Shown: piece by piece, positions 47,235 through 54,860 of the stretch
Numbering within the stretch: the first letter of the stretch is position 1
Layout: the number at the start of each line of letters is the position of its first letter
Virus record (IMG/VR): IMGVR_UViG_3300045988_167643
Strand: one strand, 5' to 3'
Source: a virus
DNA length: 64,000 nt
The notes under the pieces: model-generated
Databases searched by the model: none
Told to the model about the DNA's origin: nothing
Seen by the model: the letters and a program-made list of their open reading frames with translations, nothing else
Program-made: the position numbers and the translations under genes

Positions 47235-48053
47235 TTTTGAATTGAAACTAGCTTTATGGTTTATGTTAAGCTGTTTACCCAGACCTGCTTGTGAAAGTTT
47301 AAATCCTGCGAATCCTCCAATTGCTGTTGAGAGCAGTGGAAGTTTATCCAGGATCTGAGTTACGATGTTAAGAAAGGCGGTTGCTGTATCTATTACGCCT
47401 TTAAACATATCTGAGTTGATAGTTACTGTTGCAAGCTCTTGGAGCTGTGTTTGGAGCTTTGTGATATGAGCTTCTAACGAAGATAAATACGTCTCATTTT
47501 CACGATCTGCCGAGCCTTTCGCATTTTTTGATGACTCGATTGCTTCCCTTAAAATATCAGGTGACTGCAATATACTAGCAGCTGTATTTGCGCGGTTTTT
47601 GCCGGCAATTGTTTCAAGCAAAAGATTTACATTGTTACTTTTGGTCTTTTTATCGGTTTCTTCGATCTCATTATAGATATCTGCTATATCCTGTAATACA
47701 CTTGCCGTTGAACGGTAGTTCCCGTTATTATCAAGAATATCTATACCTTTAAAACCATTAGAAGCGACTTTTGTTGCGCTCATAATTACGTCTCTAAGCT
47801 TAGAAACAGTTGTTACAACACCATCTGTCTCTTCGCCAAGTTCTTGCAATTGCTGAACGGCAACGCTTGTTCCTGTTAGACGGAGAGCAATCGTTCTCAT
47901 TGCGGCACCAACGGATTCTGGGTCCTGCACAACCTGGTTGCCTGCCGTAATTAATCCTATACTTTCGTCTATATTATTACCTGCTGTTTTAAGAGCAGAT
48001 GCTGATCTTTGTAATGCTGATGCTAACCCATCGGTGGAGATGGAAAAATTATT
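47220..48053 (-). CDS. tape-measure protein, middle segment (exon 2 of intron-split TP901-type core)
   Basis: It begins NNFSISTDGLASALQRSASALKTAGNNIDESIGLITAGNQVVQDPESVGAAMRTIALRLTG, the hallmark TP901-family core block as remembered from Firmicutes phage TMPs. The track codons MVSRACLESNSL upstream belong to the intron 3' end. Confidence 0.85.
   Translation of the reverse strand, partial: NNFSISTDGLASALQRSASALKTAGNNIDESIGLITAGNQVVQDPESVGAAMRTIALRLTGTSVAVQQLQELGEETDGVVTTVSKLRDVIMSATKVASNGFKGIDILDNNGNYRSTASVLQDIADIYNEIEETDKKTKSNNVNLLLETIAGKNRANTAASILQSPDILREAIESSKNAKGSADRENETYLSSLEAHITKLQTQLQELATVTINSDMFKGVIDTATAFLNIVTQILDKLPLLSTAIGGFAGFKLSQAGLGKQLNINHKASFNSKFYRS
47240..47247. repeat. 8-bp direct repeat AATTGAAA (island right junction)
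   Basis: Identical to 39685..39692 and in the same codon phase. Confidence 0.85.
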
Positions 48054-49627
48054 CAAACTGTTACTTTCGAGACAAGCTCTACTAACCACACAAAATTAGT
48101 ATGGCGCATAGGCATTTCTACCTATGTCTCACGCTTTATATGAATTGGGATTATAACGTGACGATTATACTTAAAAGTATAAAAGAGCCTTTCGGCTGTT
48201 CGGACTAGATCTTCATCCTATAAAATAGGAGAGTAGCGAAACTCTATTTGTTTATTATCCAAATAGAGTATTATGGTCTCTACGGATATATGTAATTAAT
48301 TATTTTATAATATATGTATATTCTTTTCTGTTTAAATCTTGATATGGGGTAATTATATTAGAATTTAAAGAAAGACTAGATTCTGAAATACTATAATTAA
48401 AAGAATGATAATTATTTAATACACCATTACAATTTATATATTCTTGAATTAATTTTTTACATAATTCTTCGTTTTTATTTATATCAGTTTCCCACAAATA
48501 TAAAATTTTTATATCATATTTATTGGTAATATATGATTTCTTTTGCTTATCTTTTATAATTGTTCTGTCTTGTATTGAATTCAAAGTATATTTATTTTCA
48601 TTGTATCTTATTGGGTTACCATGCCAATAATCGCCCATAACCTCTATTATTAAATTAAAATCATTTAAATAATTATCAGCAGCATAATATTCAAATATTT
48701 TCTCGCGTTCATAATTAATCTTTAATTCATCTAATATAGAATTTATTTTTAACTGAATTTTAGAATTTCTTTTATTTGAACGAGCGCTATTTTGGGCAAT
48801 TCTAAGACGTATTTTTTCTTTTTGTTCTGGCGTAAATTTTTTATTAAACATGGGGGATTTTTCTTGAATATAATGTTTAGATTTGAATTCATAATAACAT
48901 TGTCTGGAGCAATAATTGAAATTTTCTCCAAATGAATTGACTTTATTATAATTAGATGGAATAATTGCAAGAGGTTTACCACAATTAGTGCAAAACGTAT
49001 TTATTCTATTATAAAATTGACTTTCCTTACCATGGTCTAATTTATTTGGTTTATCTTTATGATAACATTCATTAGAACAATACGAATGTTTATTTACTAA
49101 ATAAACACTTGGAAAATCTTCAATTTCTTGTCCACAATATTCACAATTGGTTTTTACTAATATTTTTCTACTATGATTCCCTAATTGCTGAACCATTTTA
49201 CAAATATCTTTTAGCGATCTATTCTTATACATACTTTGCAAGGTGTTCAAATAAGGATCGTCTGTTGTTAATAAAAAAGATAATGCTGTTTTTACATCTT
49301 CCTTAGTCCATCCATCAATATTAGGAACAATATTTTTATGACGTTTTAACCAATCACAATAGGCACACGTTCCATTATTTCCATTTTCTTTTAAATTTCT
49401 AATTCTAATAAATCTCTTTTCTAAATTTCTTCCACACACATCACAATGGACTATATGATTCAATGGAATACTATCATATTTTTCTTTACTTCGCATAAAA
49501 CCTCTTTAAATTAATTACATATCTTTCCACGGTCTTGGCTTTCCCATAAGCTATTAACCGTTATAGCTACTTACAGGGAATATAAAAATTCCCCACATGT
49601 TACCATGTGTTTAGGCATAATCATTTC
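48054..49627 (-). mobile_element. group I intron (1574 nt) in the tape-measure gene
   Basis: P1 pairs exon UAGGU (49632-49628) with intron GCCUA (49616-49612), with a U-G wobble at the splice site. P10 pairs intron AUUAU (49621-49617) with 3'-exon AUAAU (48052-48048). The intron ends in G (48054). An S-like element GAAGAUCUAGUCCGAAC lies at 48201-48217. The spliced junction reads VNQVG|NNFSIS. Confidence 0.8.
48300..49496 (-). CDS. intron-encoded homing endonuclease, Zn-finger N-terminal half + PD-(D/E)XK (Vsr/EDxHD-like) C-terminal domain
   Basis: It has multiple CxxC pairs (CDVCGR, CAYCDW, CEYCGQ, CTNCGK). The C-terminus has LIIEVMGDYWHGNP...D..KD...KILYLWE, a Vsr/DUF559-like pattern. It lies wholly within the intron. 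Confidence 0.7.
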   Translation of the reverse strand: MRSKEKYDSIPLNHIVHCDVCGRNLEKRFIRIRNLKENGNNGTCAYCDWLKRHKNIVPNIDGWTKEDVKTALSFLLTTDDPYLNTLQSMYKNRSLKDICKMVQQLGNHSRKILVKTNCEYCGQEIEDFPSVYLVNKHSYCSNECYHKDKPNKLDHGKESQFYNRINTFCTNCGKPLAIIPSNYNKVNSFGENFNYCSRQCYYEFKSKHYIQEKSPMFNKKFTPEQKEKIRLRIAQNSARSNKRNSKIQLKINSILDELKINYEREKIFEYYAADNYLNDFNLIIEVMGDYWHGNPIRYNENKYTLNSIQDRTIIKDKQKKSYITNKYDIKILYLWETDINKNEELCKKLIQEYINCNGVLNNYHSFNYSISESSLSLNSNIITPYQDLNRKEYTYIIK

Positions 49628-51319
49628 ACCTACCTGATTAACCTTGTCCACCAAATCTGTTTCTGCAACTTCGCTATACGCAGCTTTCATAGAAATCAGC
49701 GCAGAAGTTGCATCATCAATATTATCAAACTCTGATACATTTAATAATTTATTAGCATTTACAGCTGACTGCTTGGCATCCGAGAATGATTCTCCGAGCC
49801 TCTGGAAATCGGCCGTACTATTCTGGATCTGCAGAGCAGTAGTACCAACGCTCTTTGCCATATCGAAGCTTTCTTTTTGGAACTCTTTCAGCTTACTGAT
49901 CGGCTCATCTGATACTTTTCGCATTTCTGTAAGAGCAGTATCAAACTCTTTAACTATTTCTAAACCTTGTTTGAACGTATTCCAAACTTGATTCATTGCC
50001 TGGAATGAAGTCAAATATTGGGCAAGGTTTACCATTTTTTCTTTCCAACCTGAGAAGAATTTGCTAAGTCCACTTTCGACAGGTTTTACAGAAGTTCCAA
50101 GATTTTTAATCTGTCCATTCAGTGTATTTAATTGAACACTTAAAGTCTGCGCTTCACCGGCACTATCCTTAAAAGTTCCTTTAAGTGAAACAATTCCATT
50201 CTTTTCTGTAAATCCACTAAAGGTAATATCCTGTATACCGGTAAGTTCTTTCAGATAACTTTCCAATTCCCCTTTAGCATCTGTGATACTTGCAGGATCG
50301 ATGATTTTACCAATACTTCCAACAGATCCAATTAGCCCACTGACTTTCTTCTCAAATTCACCAATGCTCATTTTGCCTTTTGCGACAGCAGTAGCCCATT
50401 TGTTTATCTGTTCTTCACTGGATTTAAATACATCTTCAATTCCAGCGATGCCACTTTTGTCAGCCTTTATCTTGTCGAAAGCATTATAAGCGCTCTGAAT
50501 TCGATCTCCGTATTTACTAAGATTGTCTGTGATAGTCTTATCAATATCATCAAATCTCTGCTTTGCATTTATTTCAGAAGTGTTCTGTGGTGTTTTTGCG
50601 TTTACTCTTGCCATAACTTTATTTCGTTCTTCTATGGCGGCTTGAGCTTCTGTTGTATTATGTCTAAACGTACTAAGAGTATGAACAAAAGCTTCATTAT
50701 CTGCAAGTGTCTTATAATCACCAACATAAGACTGGTCAGTTACATATTTTGGGGTTTTAGTAGAAGTGGAAGACGATGTGTTATTTGTAGACTTCTTATT
50801 ACTACTTCCAGTTGCTTTTGCAGCTTTATTTAAATCTTCCTTATTGCTTTTTAAAATATTCGCAAGATTCTGTAACTCATCTTTTTTTGCAAGCATCTCA
50901 TTAATCTGAGTCATTAATCCGGAAGTAACTTCTGATCCTAATGTTTCTTTAAGATTCTGAGCAGAAGTAGCAATTTCACTCATGCTTGATTTAATAACAT
51001 CAATAGATGTTAAATCTAATAAAGTAAACTGCTTTGAATTTCCTGAGACAATGCTTTCTGCACCTTTCCCAATATTAGTTAATGGCTTTCCAGCACCATT
51101 GGCAGACTTCTGTAATTTATCAATCTCTTTAGTGACGTTTTGAATATTTTTTCCTGCATTTGTCAACCCAGAGAAAATATCACCATTAAATTTTACGTTA
51201 TTAATTTTCTGTAAAGCTTTCGCTGTTTTTTCAAGCTCATCAGCAATACTTTTTAATTGGCTGACTTTACTATCATCAACCTCTATACCAGTTTTTATAC
51301 TAAAATCTTCATTAGGCAT
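49628..51319 (-). CDS. tape-measure protein, proximal segment (exon 1)
   Basis: The coiled-coil N-terminus is followed by FDTALTEMRKVSDEPISKLKEFQKESFDMAKSVGTTALQIQNSTADFQRLG...DKVNQVG, the start of the TP901-type core. The last 18 codons of the track ORF (EMIMPKHMVTCGEFLYSL*) are intron read-through. Confidence 0.85.
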
Positions 51320-51337
51320 ATAAATTCACTTCCTTTC

Positions 51338-51871
51338 TTACCATTTTAGATATCCAATAAACGTACTCCACGTAAGTTCCTTAATTGGATCTTTCTTTTC
51401 ACTAATGTATTTCTGCATAAGCATATAAGCAGAAGTTGTTTTTGGAGCAGGTCTTCCCCATTCTGAAAAATTAAATCCTGTTCTCCAATATGGAGTTCCA
51501 GGAGCTGGATGTTCAGGACCATCAATGGCTCCACCGTGATAACCTTGTTTAAATATATACTCATAAATGTAGTCATTACCTACTCTATGTCCACCTAATT
51601 CATCAGAGCTTAAATTAACATTAATTTCCCCTGATAATGGCTTTACATCATATACATTTAATAGAGATTCAGTTCTTTCATAGTATTCAGGATTGAATGA
51701 CATATACCAATCTTCAACTGCGAACCTGCTTGCACTTTCAATCTCAGGAGCAGCCTTTTTAGGTATTTCTTCATTTGTTTTTTTTTCTGCAGTCTCAATA
51801 CTATCAGCTAATTTTCTAAATTTTCTAGCCGCCTTATTGAGATCAGAGGCGTTAATTTTTAATGAAATCAT
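51338..51871 (-). CDS. hypothetical protein immediately upstream of TMP
   Basis: RBS GGAGTTAAAATATG. No motif was recognised. It occupies the position typical of tail-assembly proteins. Confidence 0.45.
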   Translation of the reverse strand: MISLKINASDLNKAARKFRKLADSIETAEKKTNEEIPKKAAPEIESASRFAVEDWYMSFNPEYYERTESLLNVYDVKPLSGEINVNLSSDELGGHRVGNDYIYEYIFKQGYHGGAIDGPEHPAPGTPYWRTGFNFSEWGRPAPKTTSAYMLMQKYISEKKDPIKELTWSTFIGYLKW

Positions 51872-51889
51872 ATTTTAACTCCTATTCAA

Positions 51890-51928
51890 ACTGTAAAAAG
51901 CTCCATGACCTTTGACAGCCATGGAGCT
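51890..51928 (-). terminator. hairpin/terminator between 51947..52501 and 51338..51871
   Basis: On the minus strand, AAGCTCCATG-gctgtcaaaggt-CATGGAGCTT is followed by TTTAC. The U-tract is short. Confidence 0.5.
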
Positions 51929-51946
51929 TAACTAAATGTTCATATT

Positions 51947-52501
51947 TTATTTTGAAGAAATCGCTTTAACAAGCTTTATAATATCTTCCTTACTAATATC
52001 TTTCATCGCTTCAGCAAATACTGGTGCGAGAGAAGTACCAACCTGTTTCAACACATCATTCAGTCTGGTAACCTGGTTCTGAATAAATGCCTGTGTTCCA
52101 TAATGATTAGTCATAAAATCCTGTGCAGTCATTTCCTCAATAGCTGTAAATTCTTTGACATCATTACCAATTGCTTTAATAAGTTCTACAACAAGTCCGT
52201 CTCTGTTAAGATAGTCATAATCTTCGGCCATAGTCTTATTGTCCATATGAATATATGTATAGTTGTTAATAATCGTGTACACATGAAGTACATGTCTAAC
52301 TGGAGAACTTACACTTACAATATCCTTCTTCTCAATATCTTTCCAATATGCGTTCTCAACAATTTTTTCAGCAAGAGTCATTTTTGTATTAATCGGCATA
52401 TACTCAATTTTTACCATTGATTTAATATAATCCTGTTTCTCCTGATCGGATTCCTTCTTATTATATGTATTAATAAATTCCTGTACGGTAATATCTTTCA
52501 T
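51947..52501 (-). CDS. hypothetical protein (tail-chaperone position)
   Basis: RBS AAAAGGAGTAATTAACTATG. The call rests on synteny only; no slippery site or overlapping frame was seen. Confidence 0.4.
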   Translation of the reverse strand: MKDITVQEFINTYNKKESDQEKQDYIKSMVKIEYMPINTKMTLAEKIVENAYWKDIEKKDIVSVSSPVRHVLHVYTIINNYTYIHMDNKTMAEDYDYLNRDGLVVELIKAIGNDVKEFTAIEEMTAQDFMTNHYGTQAFIQNQVTRLNDVLKQVGTSLAPVFAEAMKDISKEDIIKLVKAISSK

Positions 52502-52534
52502 AGTTAATTACTCCTTTTCAAACAATTTTTCCTT

Positions 52535-52714
52535 TTACTCATAAACAGTAACTTTCCAATAGTTTCCATCGGATGTCCAAATTTCTATACAATCACCATA
52601 TGGATTATATTTAACTCTGCATACCTGTGATGATTCACATATTTTCCAATAAACATCCGATGGAATTCTATAGTTACTTCTTGTTAATAGTTCACTAATC
52701 TCATAAGAGTACAT
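52535..52714 (-). CDS. possible 59-aa ORF (MYSYEISELL...WKVTVYE)
   Basis: It fills an otherwise empty 230-nt gap on the operon strand. The SD is weak (TGGAAAA). It is below the track cutoff. Confidence 0.3.
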   Translation of the reverse strand: MYSYEISELLTRSNYRIPSDVYWKICESSQVCRVKYNPYGDCIEIWTSDGNYWKVTVYE

Positions 52715-52731
52715 AATAATTTTTCCAATAT

Positions 52732-53301
52732 TTAATTTTTCATTTCAGAGTATTTTTCACATACATAATCTTTGATTTCCGGTTGAATTCTTCCTTCAAT
52801 AGCTTTTCTTAGTAAACTACAATTTCTAGCATAGCGTTTACATGCTTTGCATTTGTCTTCAAATTTCACCTTATCATCGTCATTATCAAAGATCCCAATA
52901 TATTCAACAGGATAAATAGTCAGTTCAATTCTTGGATTATCCTTGTCGTAGTAAATTCTCTGAGGGCGGAAGAGTGCTACGTTATCATCCTTCCATATTA
53001 ATTGTGTTTCTGTGATTGTATCATCTAAGCATTTTTCATAGTTTGCACAATCTTTATCAATTCTGTCAAAATAAAAAACAGCATCTATAAAAAAATGCTG
53101 TGTGTTATTTACCTCTCTGGTCCAGTTCTGTTTTTTTACTTCTTCCTCAATTATTTTCTTGAATGCTTTTTTATAGTCTTTGGCTTCTTTAGTCTCATAT
53201 ACCATTGAAAGTGGTCTACCATTTTTCATTATGGTACGCACAGAAGTATAATGGTTAACTGAAGGTGGCATAGGAGAGGTCAGGTATAATTTTTCTGTCA
53301 T
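52732..53301 (-). CDS. rusA: RusA-family Holliday-junction resolvase with C-terminal Cys cluster
   Basis: MPPSVNHY, FDRIDKDCANYEKCLDDTIT and IWKDDNVA follow the RusA pattern PPSxNxYY...DxDNxxKxxxDxL...DD. The extra tail reads CKACKRYARNC...VCEKY. Confidence 0.65.
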   Translation of the reverse strand: MTEKLYLTSPMPPSVNHYTSVRTIMKNGRPLSMVYETKEAKDYKKAFKKIIEEEVKKQNWTREVNNTQHFFIDAVFYFDRIDKDCANYEKCLDDTITETQLIWKDDNVALFRPQRIYYDKDNPRIELTIYPVEYIGIFDNDDDKVKFEDKCKACKRYARNCSLLRKAIEGRIQPEIKDYVCEKYSEMKN

Positions 53302-53306
53302 CTGTA

Positions 53307-53603
53307 TTATTTAATCTGTCCAATAAACTGTTTTACTTTATCAAAACCAACCATTGCACCAATACCACTTAAAATTCCAAGTAGCACTGCACAAATAATA
53401 TTGTTTACATCAAAAGCAATACCATATAACTGGTAATATACAAGTGTTCCTACAGTTCCGATAACAATTGCAACAATAAAAGCAAGTAAATTAGAAGCAT
53501 ATTTTCTATTTGCTTCATCAAGTAATTTTTTAATTGTCTCAACTACAAGTCCTGTTGCAATACTATAAATTGCAAATAACATAATAAAAGTATTTGTATT
53601 CAT
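53307..53603 (-). CDS. 3-TM small membrane protein (holin-like)
   Basis: It is 98 aa with three hydrophobic helices and a charged C-terminus (FDKVKQFIGQIK). The holin call is based on size and topology only. Confidence 0.45.
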   Translation of the reverse strand: MNTNTFIMLFAIYSIATGLVVETIKKLLDEANRKYASNLLAFIVAIVIGTVGTLVYYQLYGIAFDVNNIICAVLLGILSGIGAMVGFDKVKQFIGQIK

Positions 53604-53616
53604 TCATTTCACCTCT

Positions 53617-54006
53617 TTAACCGGCTGCTTTATTTTCTTCTTTATTATTTAAGTCTAAAGTTACAGATGGAGTCTCTATCGGATTTTCAAACTGTCCCAT
53701 TTGATGTTCCACACGACTATTTTTCATATAACTTAAAACAGTTGGAATTAATGAGGCAGGAATAGCGACAAGTGCATACATAAAACTTGTGTCACCTGTA
53801 ATAGTTGCCATATGTTCTGTAAACCATAAAATCTGTATACAAATAGCAATCACAGTCCATAACACCATCTTACTTGTTCTTGGTTTCTTAAACTTAGGAA
53901 ATCTGCGTTTTGCTTCTCTAAGTTCTTTTCTCATTTCATATTGACGCTTTTGCTGTTTGATCTGCGTCATTTCTTTTTCAAATTCTTTTTCTGTTAAATA
54001 TTTCAT
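53617..54006 (-). CDS. 2-TM membrane protein with basic coiled N-terminus
   Basis: The hydrophobic segments are MVLWTVIAICIQILWF and FMYALVAIPASLIPTVL. Confidence 0.45.
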   Translation of the reverse strand: MKYLTEKEFEKEMTQIKQQKRQYEMRKELREAKRRFPKFKKPRTSKMVLWTVIAICIQILWFTEHMATITGDTSFMYALVAIPASLIPTVLSYMKNSRVEHQMGQFENPIETPSVTLDLNNKEENKAAG

Positions 54007-54016
54007 AATGTATCAC

Positions 54017-54238
54017 CTATAATTCGTGATTTTTCCATTTTTCTCTAAGTCTCTTATGATCACTGATAAGGAATGCGAATACAAAGCGTCCTGGATTTCT
54101 TTTTGAATCTAAGACTGCCTGTAGTTCTGCATTACCGCGAAAAATATAAGCATTACTCTGAAGCGCATTTTCAAAGAATACACATTTTTCAGGATCATAA
54201 TATTTATTCATTACTTCGTTATATTCGCGCATAAGCAT
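54017..54238 (-). CDS. hypothetical 73-aa protein
   Basis: RBS AAAAGGATAAATG. No motif was recognised. Confidence 0.45.
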   Translation of the reverse strand: MLMREYNEVMNKYYDPEKCVFFENALQSNAYIFRGNAELQAVLDSKRNPGRFVFAFLISDHKRLREKWKNHEL

Positions 54239-54348
54239 TTATCCTTTTGGTCATATAGAAAGGCGAAAAAATGAGGTAAGAATGATTTTAAAACGCGAAC
54301 AATGCGAATAGGTCATATTTTTCTTACCTCCTTAATCACTCTTCAAAA

Positions 54349-54801
54349 TTATTTATTAGTAGCTTTATTAACTACTGGTTTTACTGTAGAAACCGGTTTA
54401 ATCTTTACTGCCTGTTTCTTTTTCTCATCAGCTTTCTCAAAAACTTTGTCATTTTTAAGAACTGGTTCGATATTTTTGATTCCATCCATTACCTCATCAG
54501 AATCATCAATTTCGTCATGAACTTTTTTTAATTCTTCATCAGAAATCTGCATGATTTTATCAATATTTCCCTGTACAGATGAGTTAAACGGAATATTCTT
54601 AATATTCATCACAAGAAGTTTTTCTCTAGCTTCTTTCTGAGTAAGTCGTTTACCAAGCCAATCGCTAATAATGTAATAAACATCCTGGCACTCAGATCTG
54701 TCAAAAAGAGTTCTCCATTTTGGCTGACGTTCATATTCCCAACAGTATGGACAGTATTCATACTCAGTTTCACACATTAAACATTTTCTTTTCTTAGACA
54801 T
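54349..54801 (-). CDS. Cys4 zinc-finger protein
   Basis: The N-terminus reads CLMCETEYEYCPYCWEY. RBS AAGGAAAGGAGATACCATG. Confidence 0.5.
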   Translation of the reverse strand: MSKKRKCLMCETEYEYCPYCWEYERQPKWRTLFDRSECQDVYYIISDWLGKRLTQKEAREKLLVMNIKNIPFNSSVQGNIDKIMQISDEELKKVHDEIDDSDEVMDGIKNIEPVLKNDKVFEKADEKKKQAVKIKPVSTVKPVVNKATNK

Positions 54802-54860
54802 GGTATCTCCTTTCCTTCAAAAATCCCATGGACATATTAGCCCATGGGATTAAGAAAATA

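Larger units (their letters stand above)
46225..47239 (-). ncRNA. ORF-poor, GC-enriched, hairpin-dense region with group-I-intron-like R/S elements
   Basis: It starts immediately after the proximal TMP segment, on the same strand. R-like UUCGACACCUAUUG lies at 47140-47153 and S-like UUGAAGAUGGUAGUUCCGAC at 47020-47039, with 3 or more hairpins between them. A second S-like AAUAUACAGUCCAACC (46321-46336) abuts the hairpin CCAGG-GAAAG-CCUGG. The track ORFs here are Cys/Ser/Arg-rich and lack an RBS. Confidence 0.45.
39685..47247. mobile_element. 7.55-kb accessory island interrupting the tape-measure gene
   Basis: It is bounded by the 8-bp direct repeat. Removing it with one repeat copy fuses ...HKASFN to LIFNYDKTEG... 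in frame. It carries about 18 small genes on both strands with their own RBSs and terminators. No recombinase or transposase was recognised inside. Confidence 0.7.

Noticed and set aside
39661-47239. Treating the ~33-bp imperfect inverted terminal sequences as transposon TIRs
   Set aside because: With those ends there is no target-site duplication outside them. Excision would create a stop (TTC AAT TAG) rather than restore the ORF. No transposase is encoded inside.
51872-52501. Programmed -1 frameshift pair (G/GT-type tail chaperones) upstream of the TMP
   Set aside because: The two candidate genes are separated by 75 nt containing a hairpin. There is no overlapping extended frame or slippery heptamer.
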